DNA of 64,000 nucleotides from the IMG/VR virus record IMGVR_UViG_3300049926_000042, positions 1 through 64,000 of that record; one strand, 5' to 3'. A program made the translations under genes and the position numbers. This document shows positions 1-11,208 of this stretch, piece after piece (positions within the stretch are counted from its first letter, which is position 1; every line of letters begins with the position of its first letter). Below the pieces are notes generated by a model. It had not been told where the DNA came from. It saw only the letters and a program-made list of their open reading frames with translations, and did no database searches. This stretch comes from a virus (lineage: Duplodnaviria; Caudoviricetes).

Positions 1-166
1 CGTAGAACGTGTCCTCGCCGACCATGTTGGTCACGGCCAGCATGACCAGCGCCGACTTGGTGTCGCGCGTCCAGGCCTGGCCACCCTCGAAGGTGGTCGT
101 CGGACCGGTCGTGGTGACCGGGCCGGTCGCTCGCGCTCGCGTACCGGGCTTGTTGAACTTCGACAT
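1..166 (-). CDS. rsr: TROVE/Ro60 (Rsr-like) RNA-binding protein, N-terminal part, truncated by window edge
   Basis: My translation from ATG at 166: MSKFNKPGTRARATGPVTTTGPTTTFEGGQAWTRDTKSALVMLAVTNMVGEDTFY. This resembles the N-terminus of actinobacterial TROVE proteins, and Y-RNA-like repeats lie upstream. Confidence 0.8.
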   Translation of the reverse strand, partial: MSKFNKPGTRARATGPVTTTGPTTTFEGGQAWTRDTKSALVMLAVTNMVGEDTFY

Positions 167-167
167 C

Positions 168-605
168 TTATGATCCCTTGTTCGATATGTACTTGAGTCG
201 ATGCCATTCAGCTTGACATGGCGCGCAGTACCGGCCGACATGAACACCCTTAACGATCTGCGCGGTGTACGGACCTCCGCATTTCGGGCACTGTGTCTTG
301 CGTGCGTTCCGTGCCGACGGACAGTTGCCCCGAGCCATGTTGATCGGTTGCAGAACCAGCTCAAAATGATCTGGGTTGACGCACGGATGATTCCGGCACT
401 GGTGATCTACCTGAAGATCATCGGGTATGGGCCCAACCAAGTACTCCCATGCCCATCGGTGAGCGAGTACGGTTCCCTGCCCTTGACCAAGATTGAAGAC
501 CCCGTAGTTACTGTCCTTGATCACTGCGCTAGTCCACTCCCAGCAGACACCATGAGAATCGACATGGGAGAAGAATCGATCTTCGATCGAGGCAGCTCTG
601 GTCAT
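168..605 (-). CDS. HNH endonuclease (HNH_3-like)
   Basis: CWEW...YG.F...AHRWAWEYLVGPIP..LQVDHQCRNHPCVNPDH motif and a C-terminal CxxC...CxxC. Start taken at MTRAAS. Confidence 0.9.
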   Translation of the reverse strand: MTRAASIEDRFFSHVDSHGVCWEWTSAVIKDSNYGVFNLGQGQGTVLAHRWAWEYLVGPIPDDLQVDHQCRNHPCVNPDHFELVLQPINMARGNCPSARNARKTQCPKCGGPYTAQIVKGVHVGRYCAPCQAEWHRLKYISNKGS

Positions 606-662
606 GGAAATGGCCTCCATCCGGGTAGAGAGGGAGGCCACGTCCATCAGCGGACGCTATGG

Positions 663-740
663 CCTCCCGAGATCAAGAGTGGCTGTTACGGGGGGTTTCT
701 TTCGGAGAGAAGTACCCGTGGTCGCCTTCGCAACGGGAGG
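663..740 (-). ncRNA. Y RNA-like ncRNA 1 (short)
   Basis: On the minus strand, 5' CCTCCCG pairs with 3' CGGGAGG. It shares CCGTTGCGAAG..GTACTTC and GATCTCGG motifs with the two neighbouring copies and lies upstream of the TROVE gene. Confidence 0.65.
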
Positions 741-760
741 TTGCGTCTTAAGTTGTTGAT

Positions 761-867
761 CATCCCGAGATCATGCTGACTGCGATGCCGGATCTATGCC
801 ATTCCACCCCTGAGAAGGGTGCTGCGGGATCGAACCGAAGTAACCGACGGTGCTTCGCAACGGGATG
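761..867 (-). ncRNA. Y RNA-like ncRNA 2
   Basis: Terminal stem CATCCCG/CGGGATG, CCGTTGCGAAG..GTTACTTC motif, T-loop-like CGG-TTCGATC-CCG, and 3' GATCTCGG. Confidence 0.7.
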
Positions 868-879
868 AAGTTGTTGTGT

Positions 880-1018
880 CCGCTCCGAGATCAAACCGCT
901 GATCGGATACGTACGCGCTCTTCTGATTGAGCTACCGACGATCAGATCGCCGACCGGGACTCGCACCCGGAACCTCGTCCTCCAAATGGAAGTAACGATC
1001 AACTTCGCAACGGAGCGG
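880..1018 (-). ncRNA. yrlA: YrlA-like Y RNA with permuted tRNA-like domain
   Basis: Terminal stem CCGCTCCG/CGGAGCGG. Inside: T arm CCGGG-TGCGAGT-CCCGG, loop-closed acceptor stem TCGGCGA-TCTGA-TCGTCGG, then D arm GCTC-AATCAGAA-GAGC. This is the YrlA order. Confidence 0.8.
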
Positions 1019-1083
1019 AAGCTTTACGACGTGGTCCACCGTAGTCGGCCGGTCGGGCAAGCGCAATGCTTAAATCGATTCGA

Positions 1084-1398
1084 TCATCGTACCGGGTTGT
1101 TGCCGTTCAAGATCGACGGGTCGTATGCGGCCGGAGCGATCACGAGCGACGACATCTTGCCCACGTTCTCAGCGAACTGCTGGAGCCAGGTCTCGGCATC
1201 AGCCTTCGAGAGCACTGCGGTCACAGTCGTGTTCGGAACCCGCAGCGTCAAGATCAGCACATCGCCACCGGGTGTCTTCTTGACGTTGGTCGAGAACCAC
1301 GCGGGCGTACCGCCGATCGCGGGGTGTCCTTCGTCGAACGGAGTCGTCACGGGAACCTCTTCCCACTGAGCGCCCACCGGAGGTAGACGGTGAACCAC
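1084..1398 (-). CDS. hypothetical protein (start uncertain)
   Basis: ORF on the coding strand of this block with protein-like composition. Confidence 0.55.
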   Translation of the reverse strand: MVHRLPPVGAQWEEVPVTTPFDEGHPAIGGTPAWFSTNVKKTPGGDVLILTLRVPNTTVTAVLSKADAETWLQQFAENVGKMSSLVIAPAAYDPSILNGNNPVR

Positions 1399-1438
1399 CG
1401 GCCGAATCGAGTGTCCGACGGCCGGGGCGGAACTTTGA

Positions 1439-1522
1439 TCATTTCTTTCTCCGGATCATCTTGACCACGCCAATGCCGATCACAAGTGATCCGACGGCGA
1501 CGACTGCCGCACCCCAGTTCAC
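1439..1522 (-). CDS. micro membrane protein (27 aa)
   Basis: GTG start overlaps the upstream stop; VNWGAAVVAVGSLVIGIGVVKMIRRKK, one TM helix with basic tail. Confidence 0.45.
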   Translation of the reverse strand: MNWGAAVVAVGSLVIGIGVVKMIRRKK

Positions 1523-1614
1523 CGGTTCCTCCGGTTGTACCAGCGAGCGATTCCGAGACCAGCCAGAAGCACGACGGCCCACACCACAGCGAAGATGAAC
1601 CAGTTACCGATCAT
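1519..1614 (-). CDS. micro membrane protein (31 aa)
   Basis: MIGNWFIFAVVWAVVLLAGLGIARWYNRRNR, one TM helix with basic tail. Confidence 0.5.
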   Translation of the reverse strand: MIGNWFIFAVVWAVVLLAGLGIARWYNRRNR

Positions 1615-1621
1615 GCTTGCC

Positions 1622-1738
1622 TCACATCGGATTGTTTCTGTGGAAGTACCAGATCAGAGCCACGTACCCAATGGCCAGTCCGGCGACTACTCCGCAGCCG
1701 ATGCCCACGGCCAGCCAGATCACCGACATACCGATCAT
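1622..1738 (-). CDS. micro membrane protein (38 aa)
   Basis: MIGMSVIWLAVGIGCGVVAGLAIGYVALIWYFHRNNPM; start overlaps the upstream stop. Confidence 0.5.
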   Translation of the reverse strand: MIGMSVIWLAVGIGCGVVAGLAIGYVALIWYFHRNNPM

Positions 1739-2130
1739 GCCCAGTCTCTCGACGCGAGCAGCGCACCGACCGCCCACACAGCCAGGCCTGACAGGACCGG
1801 GGCCGGGATCCCGATCGTGATGTCGGCCGTCGCCGTCACGAGGCCTGCCACCCAGCCGCTCGCACACCACGGGCAGGTGATCAGTTCGGCCAGCCAGTCA
1901 GGCGACCACTTCACGCGGGTGATGTAACGGTTGATCACGCCCTTGATATCCGTCACTTTGCCTAGCTTGTCCTCGTGAAGATGATCACGCTCCGTCGCGG
2001 TGATCGGCCGCCAGCCTCCGGCCAGACGATCACGTAGCCAGAGCACGGGCGGAAGTGTGTCCTTGACCACCAACCGCGTCAGGCGGTAGGTGGCCAAGGA
2101 CATCACGATCAGCAGGAGCCAGGTGCTCAC
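1735..2130 (-). CDS. DUF1360-like membrane protein
   Basis: LATYRLTRLVVKD...WLAELITCPWCASGW motif; GTG start at 2130 coupled to the upstream stop. Confidence 0.75.
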   Translation of the reverse strand: MSTWLLLIVMSLATYRLTRLVVKDTLPPVLWLRDRLAGGWRPITATERDHLHEDKLGKVTDIKGVINRYITRVKWSPDWLAELITCPWCASGWVAGLVTATADITIGIPAPVLSGLAVWAVGALLASRDWA

Positions 2131-2489
2131 GCCACGAGCTTCCCGGACGGGGAGGCTTCGGCCCCGACGGGGGCGGTCGCCTGGGTGTGGACGAAGAAGC
2201 CGAGGATCACGGTGATCAGGCCTACGACGTACGCCTGCTTGTCGGCAGGCCACTCCAGGCCGAACGCCGCGAACAGCGAGAACAGCGCGGTGGTGACACC
2301 GGTGACGAGAGCGATGATGCCGTCGTGCAGGGCGATGGCGGCCGCCACTGCGAACACGAACACGACACCGGCGGTGATCCCGCCCTGCCAGTGGCTGCTG
2401 ACGTTGAGACCGAACGAGGTGAGTACTCCGATCACGGCGGCGATGAGGGCCAGCCATGCGGCCAACTCCCGGCCGAAGATCTTGACCAT
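2127..2489 (-). CDS. holin-like multi-TM membrane protein
   Basis: MVKIFGREL.. start and about 4 hydrophobic segments, typical of actinophage holin-like proteins. Confidence 0.6.
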   Translation of the reverse strand: MVKIFGRELAAWLALIAAVIGVLTSFGLNVSSHWQGGITAGVVFVFAVAAAIALHDGIIALVTGVTTALFSLFAAFGLEWPADKQAYVVGLITVILGFFVHTQATAPVGAEASPSGKLVA

Positions 2490-2541
2490 GGTCAATCCTT
2501 TGCTTGGGTGGAATTCCAACCGGATGGTAGCACCGGATCGA

Positions 2542-5039
<2,498 letters not shown>

Positions 5040-5060
5040 TCAAGTAGTTGATTCGGTCGG

Positions 5061-5135
5061 TCAGAGAACCTGGAGCAGAAGCCAGATCACGAAAATGACG
5101 ATCACGGCGTACACGGCGAACCTGAGCACAGTCAC
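5061..5135 (-). CDS. micro membrane protein (24 aa)
   Basis: VTVLRFAVYAVIVIFVIWLLLQVL preceded by an AAGGAAGAG RBS. Confidence 0.4.
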   Translation of the reverse strand: MTVLRFAVYAVIVIFVIWLLLQVL

Positions 5136-5154
5136 CACCTCTTCCTTGAATTGG

Positions 5155-6177
5155 TCAGTCCAGCCACTCGGGGTGTTCGAGAGTCCAGCTCACAGTCTTC
5201 TTCAGACTGTCGCGCATCCTTACCGGCGGGTGCCAGCCGATGCGGGAGATCTTGCTGCCGTCGAGGGCATAGCGGTGATCGTGACCCGGCCGGGACGAGT
5301 GAAAGTCGACCTTCTTCATGACCGGTCGCTTCCCCATGAAGTCGGCGATCATCTTGACCAACTTCGCGTTGTCGATCTCCTGCTCGCCGACGATGTTGAA
5401 CCTGCTCGGCCGGGCGGATCCGTCCGAGTACGCATGAAGATCCCAGGAGTGACCCTCCTGGTCGATCAACCAGAGCCAGGCGTCGGCCAGGTTGCGAGCG
5501 TGCAAGTAGAAGCGACTCCCCGGAGTTCCGGAGGCGTCGGTGTGAACAGTGATCGGCTTCCCGTCCCTCAGGTTCTTGATGATCATGGGGACGAACTTCT
5601 CGGGATCCTGCATCTCACCGAAGATGTTCATGGTGTTGGTCAGCAGCACTGGCACCCCGTAGGTCCGCCAGTAGCTGATCGCGATGGCTTCCTGGGATGC
5701 CTTGCTCGCGCTGTAGGGGTTGGACGGCAGGATGACGTCCCATTCACGTGACGAGTAGTCGGCCGGGGCCGGGCCATAGACCTCGTCGGTGCTCATCTGC
5801 AAGAACATCCGTGGCTTGACCTCGCGGGCGTAGTCGAGCATGCCCGTCATGATGGCGACATTGTCGCGGATGAACTTCCCGGGCTCGGTGATGCTGCGGT
5901 CCACGTGACTCTCACTGGCCACGTTGAGGATGTAGTCGACGTCCCCGATCATGTTGGCGGTGACCGAGTCGACTCCGCTGCGGAGATCGCAGTGAATGAC
6001 GTCGACTCTCTTCACCCAGTCCTCGTGATCACAGATGCTGGAGGCGATCCGGCCGGGGAGACCGTGATGGCGGAACGTCACCAGACAGACGACGTCCCAG
6101 CCGGTGTGATCGAGAATGTGACGCAGGACGTGAGCGCCCACGAAGCCGGAGGCTCCGGTCAGAAGTACTCGGGTCAT
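5155..6177 (-). CDS. rmlB: NAD-dependent epimerase/dehydratase, dTDP-glucose 4,6-dehydratase-like
   Basis: LLTGASGFVG, ASESHVDRSI, STDEVYG, PSNPYSASK, SRPGHDHRY motifs. Confidence 0.88.
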   Translation of the reverse strand: MTRVLLTGASGFVGAHVLRHILDHTGWDVVCLVTFRHHGLPGRIASSICDHEDWVKRVDVIHCDLRSGVDSVTANMIGDVDYILNVASESHVDRSITEPGKFIRDNVAIMTGMLDYAREVKPRMFLQMSTDEVYGPAPADYSSREWDVILPSNPYSASKASQEAIAISYWRTYGVPVLLTNTMNIFGEMQDPEKFVPMIIKNLRDGKPITVHTDASGTPGSRFYLHARNLADAWLWLIDQEGHSWDLHAYSDGSARPSRFNIVGEQEIDNAKLVKMIADFMGKRPVMKKVDFHSSRPGHDHRYALDGSKISRIGWHPPVRMRDSLKKTVSWTLEHPEWLD

Positions 6178-6200
6178 CGGTGAATCCGCTCTCTTGGTTC

Positions 6201-6932
6201 TTACGGCAGTTCGGCTTCGTGGACGAGATGACGGGGGCCGGTGTGCGGTCCGTAGACGCACGTCTCCGACGTACACCACATCGTGCCTTCCGGTGGGGTG
6301 CCGTCGCAGTCTGGTGATCCACACTTGCATACGCCCAGACGCCTCCGGGCAGCCTCCGCCTTGATGGCCTCCGTGCGCTTGGCCAGCCGGATAGCCTCAT
6401 CCATCTTGGCCTCCGCACAGACCTCCACGAAAAGCTTCTCGGACTCCCCCGGCTTGATCACGCCACCGGTCCTGTACTTCTCGCGGAACGACTTGACCGA
6501 GTGAAGCGGGCAGAGTTCGCGGTCCTCATCGCAGACGCACACCGGCTTCGACCCGGGCCGCCCGGTCTGGTTTCCGGTCTCGGCCTCCGCCTTCAGGCGG
6601 TCGGTCTCGCGCTCCAGCTCCGCAAGCTCCCACGACTTCTCGGTCGATGACTTGAACCTGGCGGACACCGACGTCTGGGCTGTCTTCCGCCCGAGCATGA
6701 ACGCGATCATGACCGGCCCGAAGATCGGCCAGGCGATGAACATGAACCTCGCGGCAGACACTGCTTCGGTGTGACAGCGCTTCCGCTGGAGACGGAACGC
6801 CATCTCGCCCATCTCCGGCCTGATCCAGTCGGCCGTCGACTTCTCGTACTCATGCCGGTAGGTCTGACGGGCGACGGACAGTGAAGCCCCGAGCCAGACG
6901 ACGAACGACGTCACCGCGTACACGAAGATCAT
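6201..6932 (-). CDS. hypothetical membrane protein
   Basis: Two TM segments plus Cys-rich C-terminus; translationally coupled with neighbours. Confidence 0.6.
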   Translation of the reverse strand: MIFVYAVTSFVVWLGASLSVARQTYRHEYEKSTADWIRPEMGEMAFRLQRKRCHTEAVSAARFMFIAWPIFGPVMIAFMLGRKTAQTSVSARFKSSTEKSWELAELERETDRLKAEAETGNQTGRPGSKPVCVCDEDRELCPLHSVKSFREKYRTGGVIKPGESEKLFVEVCAEAKMDEAIRLAKRTEAIKAEAARRRLGVCKCGSPDCDGTPPEGTMWCTSETCVYGPHTGPRHLVHEAELP

Positions 6933-7132
6933 GCGAAGGCTCCCGCGAACGACAGCTTGATCGAGTTGATCAGCCATTCCAGGGCTGCGCGCTCCGCAGC
7001 CTCGGGCGACCAGCCTCGGGAGATCATGTTGGCCTTCACGCCGTCGGCGGCGTCGAACACCGGAGTCATCAGCTCGGTCAGCATGAGCATGTTCTCTTGA
7101 ATGCCACGATAGACATCATCGTCGCGCTCCAT
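6929..7132 (-). CDS. hypothetical protein
   Basis: MERDDD start coupled to the upstream stop. Confidence 0.55.
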   Translation of the reverse strand: MERDDDVYRGIQENMLMLTELMTPVFDAADGVKANMISRGWSPEAAERAALEWLINSIKLSFAGAFA

Positions 7133-7326
7133 CAGTAGCCGCCCTCCGTTCCGTTGCTGTTCCGGAAGTGAGGGGCATCCCAGCTCAGGTACTCGTTGCT
7201 GTTGCGGGGCCTGACGAACGTCGTACGAGGATGAAGGGACGGAGGCGCGAAGCAGTACTTGCAGAGCCAGAACCGCCATCCCTTGTGCTTGTACTCGTGA
7301 GGAGCGCGCAAGATCCGTTCGGTCAT
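7132..7326 (-). CDS. hypothetical protein
   Basis: Coupled ORF with a CxxC motif. Confidence 0.5.
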   Translation of the reverse strand: MTERILRAPHEYKHKGWRFWLCKYCFAPPSLHPRTTFVRPRNSNEYLSWDAPHFRNSNGTEGGY

Positions 7327-8219
7327 GACAGCCCCTGATCATGCGCCCACAGGTCCGCGTATGTCTTCAGCGCACGATTGTTCACAGCCGGGCCGGGCGC
7401 GAACCAGTCCTTGATCTTGTCGTACATCTGCTGATCGGTGATCGGCAGCCGGGGAGCAGGGGAGACAGCCCAGACCGGGACAGTGATGTCACCCTCTTGA
7501 CTGAGCAGCCAGACCATGTCTGCTTCGTGCACCCAGCAGGTACCGCTGATGCCCCACGTCAGTCCCCAGCTGTTGACCACGAGGAAGCGAGAGTTCTCCA
7601 GGTCATAGCCGGAGATCACCAGCTCGTGACCACCGGCCTCACCTGAGCGTGAGTCGACCAGCAGGAAGCCGTCGAGGTTGGTGTCGAACATCGACTCGTA
7701 CCAAACGGTTCCCCACATGACGGGCCCCGACATCAGAGCAGTCTTCAGAGCGTCCAGGGTGAAGGCGTGCGAGTAGCCGGAGGCGAGCCCGAGACGCTGA
7801 AGAGCCTTCGCACAGGACAGACCGTCAGAGCCGGTGTCGTCCGGCGGATAGATCCCCGGGTAGCTGTCGACGCTCGTGACCACGGTGTAGAACGGGAGCG
7901 CGAACTCACTCTCGGACAGCAGATACTGACCTGCCCGGAAGACCCCGTAGCTCTTCATGGCACCGGCCACACTGATCTGAGCGAACATCAGTCCATCGCG
8001 GGCCTTGGAGTCGGTGCCCAGTACACCGGTCCCGGCGTTGGGTACACAGCTCCCGATCTGCCCCTGATCGAGTATCTGACTCCGCCTGGTCCAGAAGGTC
8101 GTCTTGATCGCTGACTTCGGCAGCACAGGGGCTGCGAACTCCAGAGAGCGTGAGTCATGTCTGACGTGACGCCCCAGACGGGGGTCGGTCGGTGTGTACC
8201 GGCGGGCGTAGACCGTCAC
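7323..8219 (-). CDS. papain-family (C1) cysteine peptidase
   Basis: LDQGQIGSC (oxyanion Gln, catalytic Cys), GGHELVISGYD (His), VNSWG (Asn). Confidence 0.88.
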   Translation of the reverse strand: MTVYARRYTPTDPRLGRHVRHDSRSLEFAAPVLPKSAIKTTFWTRRSQILDQGQIGSCVPNAGTGVLGTDSKARDGLMFAQISVAGAMKSYGVFRAGQYLLSESEFALPFYTVVTSVDSYPGIYPPDDTGSDGLSCAKALQRLGLASGYSHAFTLDALKTALMSGPVMWGTVWYESMFDTNLDGFLLVDSRSGEAGGHELVISGYDLENSRFLVVNSWGLTWGISGTCWVHEADMVWLLSQEGDITVPVWAVSPAPRLPITDQQMYDKIKDWFAPGPAVNNRALKTYADLWAHDQGLS

Positions 8220-8359
8220 TGTGATCCATCCTTTGATCGGTTCGGACCGATCCTACCCCTGGAAGCTCTGTGCGCCTCTCTACCGCGTCCGGATGCCGGG
8301 CGCAAGGGTCTGCATCACTCATAGGCCGGGAGTCTCACAGAGACACGAGCACGCAGCGG

Positions 8360-8959
8360 CTAGGGTCCTTCGCCGACGACCTCTGCGTCCACCACTTCGA
8401 GTCGTGCCGCTGCTGCTTCGAGAGCACGCATCCGGTCGGCCGGTGGGAGCTGAAGGGCTTCGGCTGCGGCCAGGATCGCCTCGGTCACGAGATTGGACTC
8501 AAGATCGGACCGCCGGTCGAGAGCGATCTCCAGCTTCTTGGAGGCGTCGGTGCCGTGGAGATTGGACCAGCGTTCCTCGATCCGCAGAAGCATGGCGAGA
8601 GCTGCCAGCGCCGGTCCGTTGTCACGGATGGGGATGTCGTTGTCGTCCTTGACGATCTTGCCGTTCTGGACGAGGTAGTGAGGCGCGACCATGATCGCGT
8701 AGGTTCGTTGACGCATCGCGTCGAGGCGGATGTCCTGAGCCTGGATCATCTGTTCGAGACCCTTTTGCACACCACGCTGGGCTTGCTTGAGAGCAGCCTC
8801 GACGTCTCGACGGGCGTGTGATCCGTCGTAGTACCCGAGCTGCTCCGCGATCTTGGTCCAGTTCAGACCAACGACGTGCTTGAGATGAATGGCCTGGTCA
8901 CGGCGTCGCTCAATGGCAGCGTGATCAGCGCTGTCGCCTGGTGCACCCATCTGAGACAT
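8360..8959 (-). CDS. terS: HTH protein, probable terminase small subunit
   Basis: RRRDQAIHLK..GLNWTKIAEQLGY HTH followed by a coiled region and RIEERWSNLHG, typical of actinophage TerS-like proteins. Confidence 0.65.
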   Translation of the reverse strand: MSQMGAPGDSADHAAIERRRDQAIHLKHVVGLNWTKIAEQLGYYDGSHARRDVEAALKQAQRGVQKGLEQMIQAQDIRLDAMRQRTYAIMVAPHYLVQNGKIVKDDNDIPIRDNGPALAALAMLLRIEERWSNLHGTDASKKLEIALDRRSDLESNLVTEAILAAAEALQLPPADRMRALEAAAARLEVVDAEVVGEGP

Positions 8960-9027
8960 GGCGTAACTTCCTCTGGGGCGGTTCCAGATGGCTCGGCTAT
9001 GTTCGGACCGATCCACTATACTTGAGT

Positions 9028-9426
9028 ATGGCAGCAATCAAGACTCTCACCGTGCACAACCCGTGGGCCTGGGCGATCATCTTCGGTGGCAAGGATACCG
9101 AGAATCGCAGCTGGCCAACGCCCTATCGAGGGCGTCTGATCATTCATGCCGGACAGAAGACTGACCGTCCGGCGATCACCTGGCTCAACGATCACGGCAT
9201 CGACGTCCCGGTCCGCGCTCTCGACAGAGGCGTGATCATCGGGATGGTCGATCTCGTCGACTGCGTTCAGGACTCGACAAGCATGTGGGCCGATCATGGA
9301 GCTTGGCACTGGGTCCTGAAGAACCCTGAGCCCGCTGACTTCATCGTCCCCACTCGCGGACAACTTGGTGTGTACCCGCCACCGGCCGACTGGAGGGATG
9401 CCTTCAGCAGCCGTCAGATCACATAG
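9028..9426 (+). CDS. ASCH domain protein
   Basis: TLTVHNPWAWAIIFGGKDTENRSW..YRGRLIIHAG motif. TATACT at 9017-9022 suggests a leaderless promoter. Confidence 0.88.
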   Translation: MAAIKTLTVHNPWAWAIIFGGKDTENRSWPTPYRGRLIIHAGQKTDRPAITWLNDHGIDVPVRALDRGVIIGMVDLVDCVQDSTSMWADHGAWHWVLKNPEPADFIVPTRGQLGVYPPPADWRDAFSSRQIT

Positions 9427-10112
9427 CGTCCGTCGACATGGCGCAGATTGCTGCGCCTCCAGTCATCGTCCCGGAACGACTCGCGTACGGTCTCCCCCTT
9501 GAAGATCACGCGGGTCGTTCCTTCATCTTCGCCGTAGGTACCGGGCTCATCCCACAGGGGCTCTTCACGGCCGGTGCGCTTCCCGGTCACGACCAGCTCA
9601 CCCTCGACGAGCTTGGCCAAGGAAGCTGCCTGACGCAGAACGTGGTGGCCGGGGGGAGCAGCAAGCACCTTGAAGGCCAGCCACAATCCGGCTGCGGTAT
9701 CCCCCAGATACACCGGCAGATAGCCCAGGTGATCACCCCAAGCACGTGCTTGAGCGATGGCATCGAAGCTCCGTCCGTCAAAGTCGTCGCGCAGTGACAC
9801 CCAGGGCACACCGAGGCGATCAGCCTGCTCGGTCGGATCGACGCCCCACGACTGCCAGGTACTGAGCCTGATGTTGTCGATCACGGCATCGAAGACACCA
9901 GTCTCCAACTCGGTGATCGACTTGGCCGGTCGGGTGTAGACGACCTTCCCGAAGTTGATCCACTCCCACAGCTCGCCACCCCGGTTCAGGCCGAGCATCG
10001 GGTCAGGCGTCGTGCTCGTCCACTTCGCGACAACATGCCCCTGCTCCGCGAGGATCATCCCCGCGTAGGCGGGGGCGATGTACGAACCGATCTCCAGAAT
10101 CCGCAGGCTCAC
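9414..10112 (-). CDS. family III CoA-transferase (CaiB/BaiF-like), compact
   Basis: LRILEIGSYIAPAYAGMILAEQG..V.K N-terminal motif, N.GK, DAVIDN, and GDTAAG with the putative catalytic Asp. Confidence 0.8.
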   Translation of the reverse strand: MSLRILEIGSYIAPAYAGMILAEQGHVVAKWTSTTPDPMLGLNRGGELWEWINFGKVVYTRPAKSITELETGVFDAVIDNIRLSTWQSWGVDPTEQADRLGVPWVSLRDDFDGRSFDAIAQARAWGDHLGYLPVYLGDTAAGLWLAFKVLAAPPGHHVLRQAASLAKLVEGELVVTGKRTGREEPLWDEPGTYGEDEGTTRVIFKGETVRESFRDDDWRRSNLRHVDGRYVI

Positions 10113-11206
10113 GGTGTGCTCGTCTCTCTCGGTGGCCGGTACTCGAAGGCTCGGTTCCCCAGCGCCCGGGGACTGAGTGTCCGCTTGCGCAAGCTCTTGT
10201 CGGTCGAGCTGTTCTGGAGTCTCTTGCGGTGTACCACTTCCTGCCAGCGGGGACTGACGCTGTAGTAGCGCACCATCGCGGGGTGGGTCACCACGTTGTG
10301 GTAGCGGTAACCCTGCTCATACAGATGCTGGCCGAGCCAGTCGTCAAGACGCCCCCCGATGCCCAGACCTTGATAGTCGGGCAGCACGACCAGACGGTGC
10401 CCCATCTTGATGTTCTTCGTCCGTGCGTGGGGGAAGTGCAGATAGCTGGTGAACGCCACAGGCTCTTCACCGATCCAGGCTGTGAAGCACTGCGCACCCC
10501 GGTGGATCTCAGCACTCAGATAGTGATGGCGTGCAAACAGGGACCAGACGGAACGATCAGTCTTGTGGACCCTGACGTCGAGCCTGGGGTGGGGTTGAAC
10601 CGACCTCCAGGCTGACGACTGAGCAGCGGTGTCGTACACCCAGTCGGGCTGTAGCCAGTCGACGACGTCGTAATGGCAGGTGACCGCGATCAGCTGACGA
10701 TCGTCTCTGCGCACCGCCTTCTGGACAGCATGACTCGCGATCTTGGCGACTTGCCTGTCGACCGTGCTGGTGAACTCGTCCACGACCACGAGTCCAGCGG
10801 TCTCCGCCAGGGAGCGGGCCACAGAAGCACGGAAGGCCTCACCGGTCGACAGAGTCCGATAAGGGCGCATCCACGCCGGTGGGCTTCCGAGTCCGACGGC
10901 CGTCAGCAGACCGACCACGGCCTTGATCCCCAACTCGGCCGGAAAGTCGTCGATCAGTGCTCCGTCATCCGCCCACTGATGATCACCTACGGTCTCATCC
11001 GGCCAGAACGATCTAGCGAGCGTCGACTTGCCGGAGCCTGACGGACCGACGATCAGGCCCACGTTCCAGGGCTTGTCCTCGACAGGGAGATCGACATCCC
11101 ATGCGTTCACCAGCTTCTCGGCCAGCGGGACGTCGAACATCGAAGCCATCTGGAGCACACGGGCAGTCTTGTGAACCTCGCTCGACACCTCGATGTGAGC
11201 CTTCAT
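10109..11206 (-). CDS. ABC-type ATPase fused to GNAT (Mom-like) acetyltransferase
   Basis: GPSGSGKST, LSTGEAFR, VVDEFTS, VTCH in the ATPase part; FARHHYL...RLVVLPDYQGLGIG in the GNAT part. Confidence 0.88.
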   Translation of the reverse strand: MKAHIEVSSEVHKTARVLQMASMFDVPLAEKLVNAWDVDLPVEDKPWNVGLIVGPSGSGKSTLARSFWPDETVGDHQWADDGALIDDFPAELGIKAVVGLLTAVGLGSPPAWMRPYRTLSTGEAFRASVARSLAETAGLVVVDEFTSTVDRQVAKIASHAVQKAVRRDDRQLIAVTCHYDVVDWLQPDWVYDTAAQSSAWRSVQPHPRLDVRVHKTDRSVWSLFARHHYLSAEIHRGAQCFTAWIGEEPVAFTSYLHFPHARTKNIKMGHRLVVLPDYQGLGIGGRLDDWLGQHLYEQGYRYHNVVTHPAMVRYYSVSPRWQEVVHRKRLQNSSTDKSLRKRTLSPRALGNRAFEYRPPRETSTP

Positions 11207-11208
11207 GA

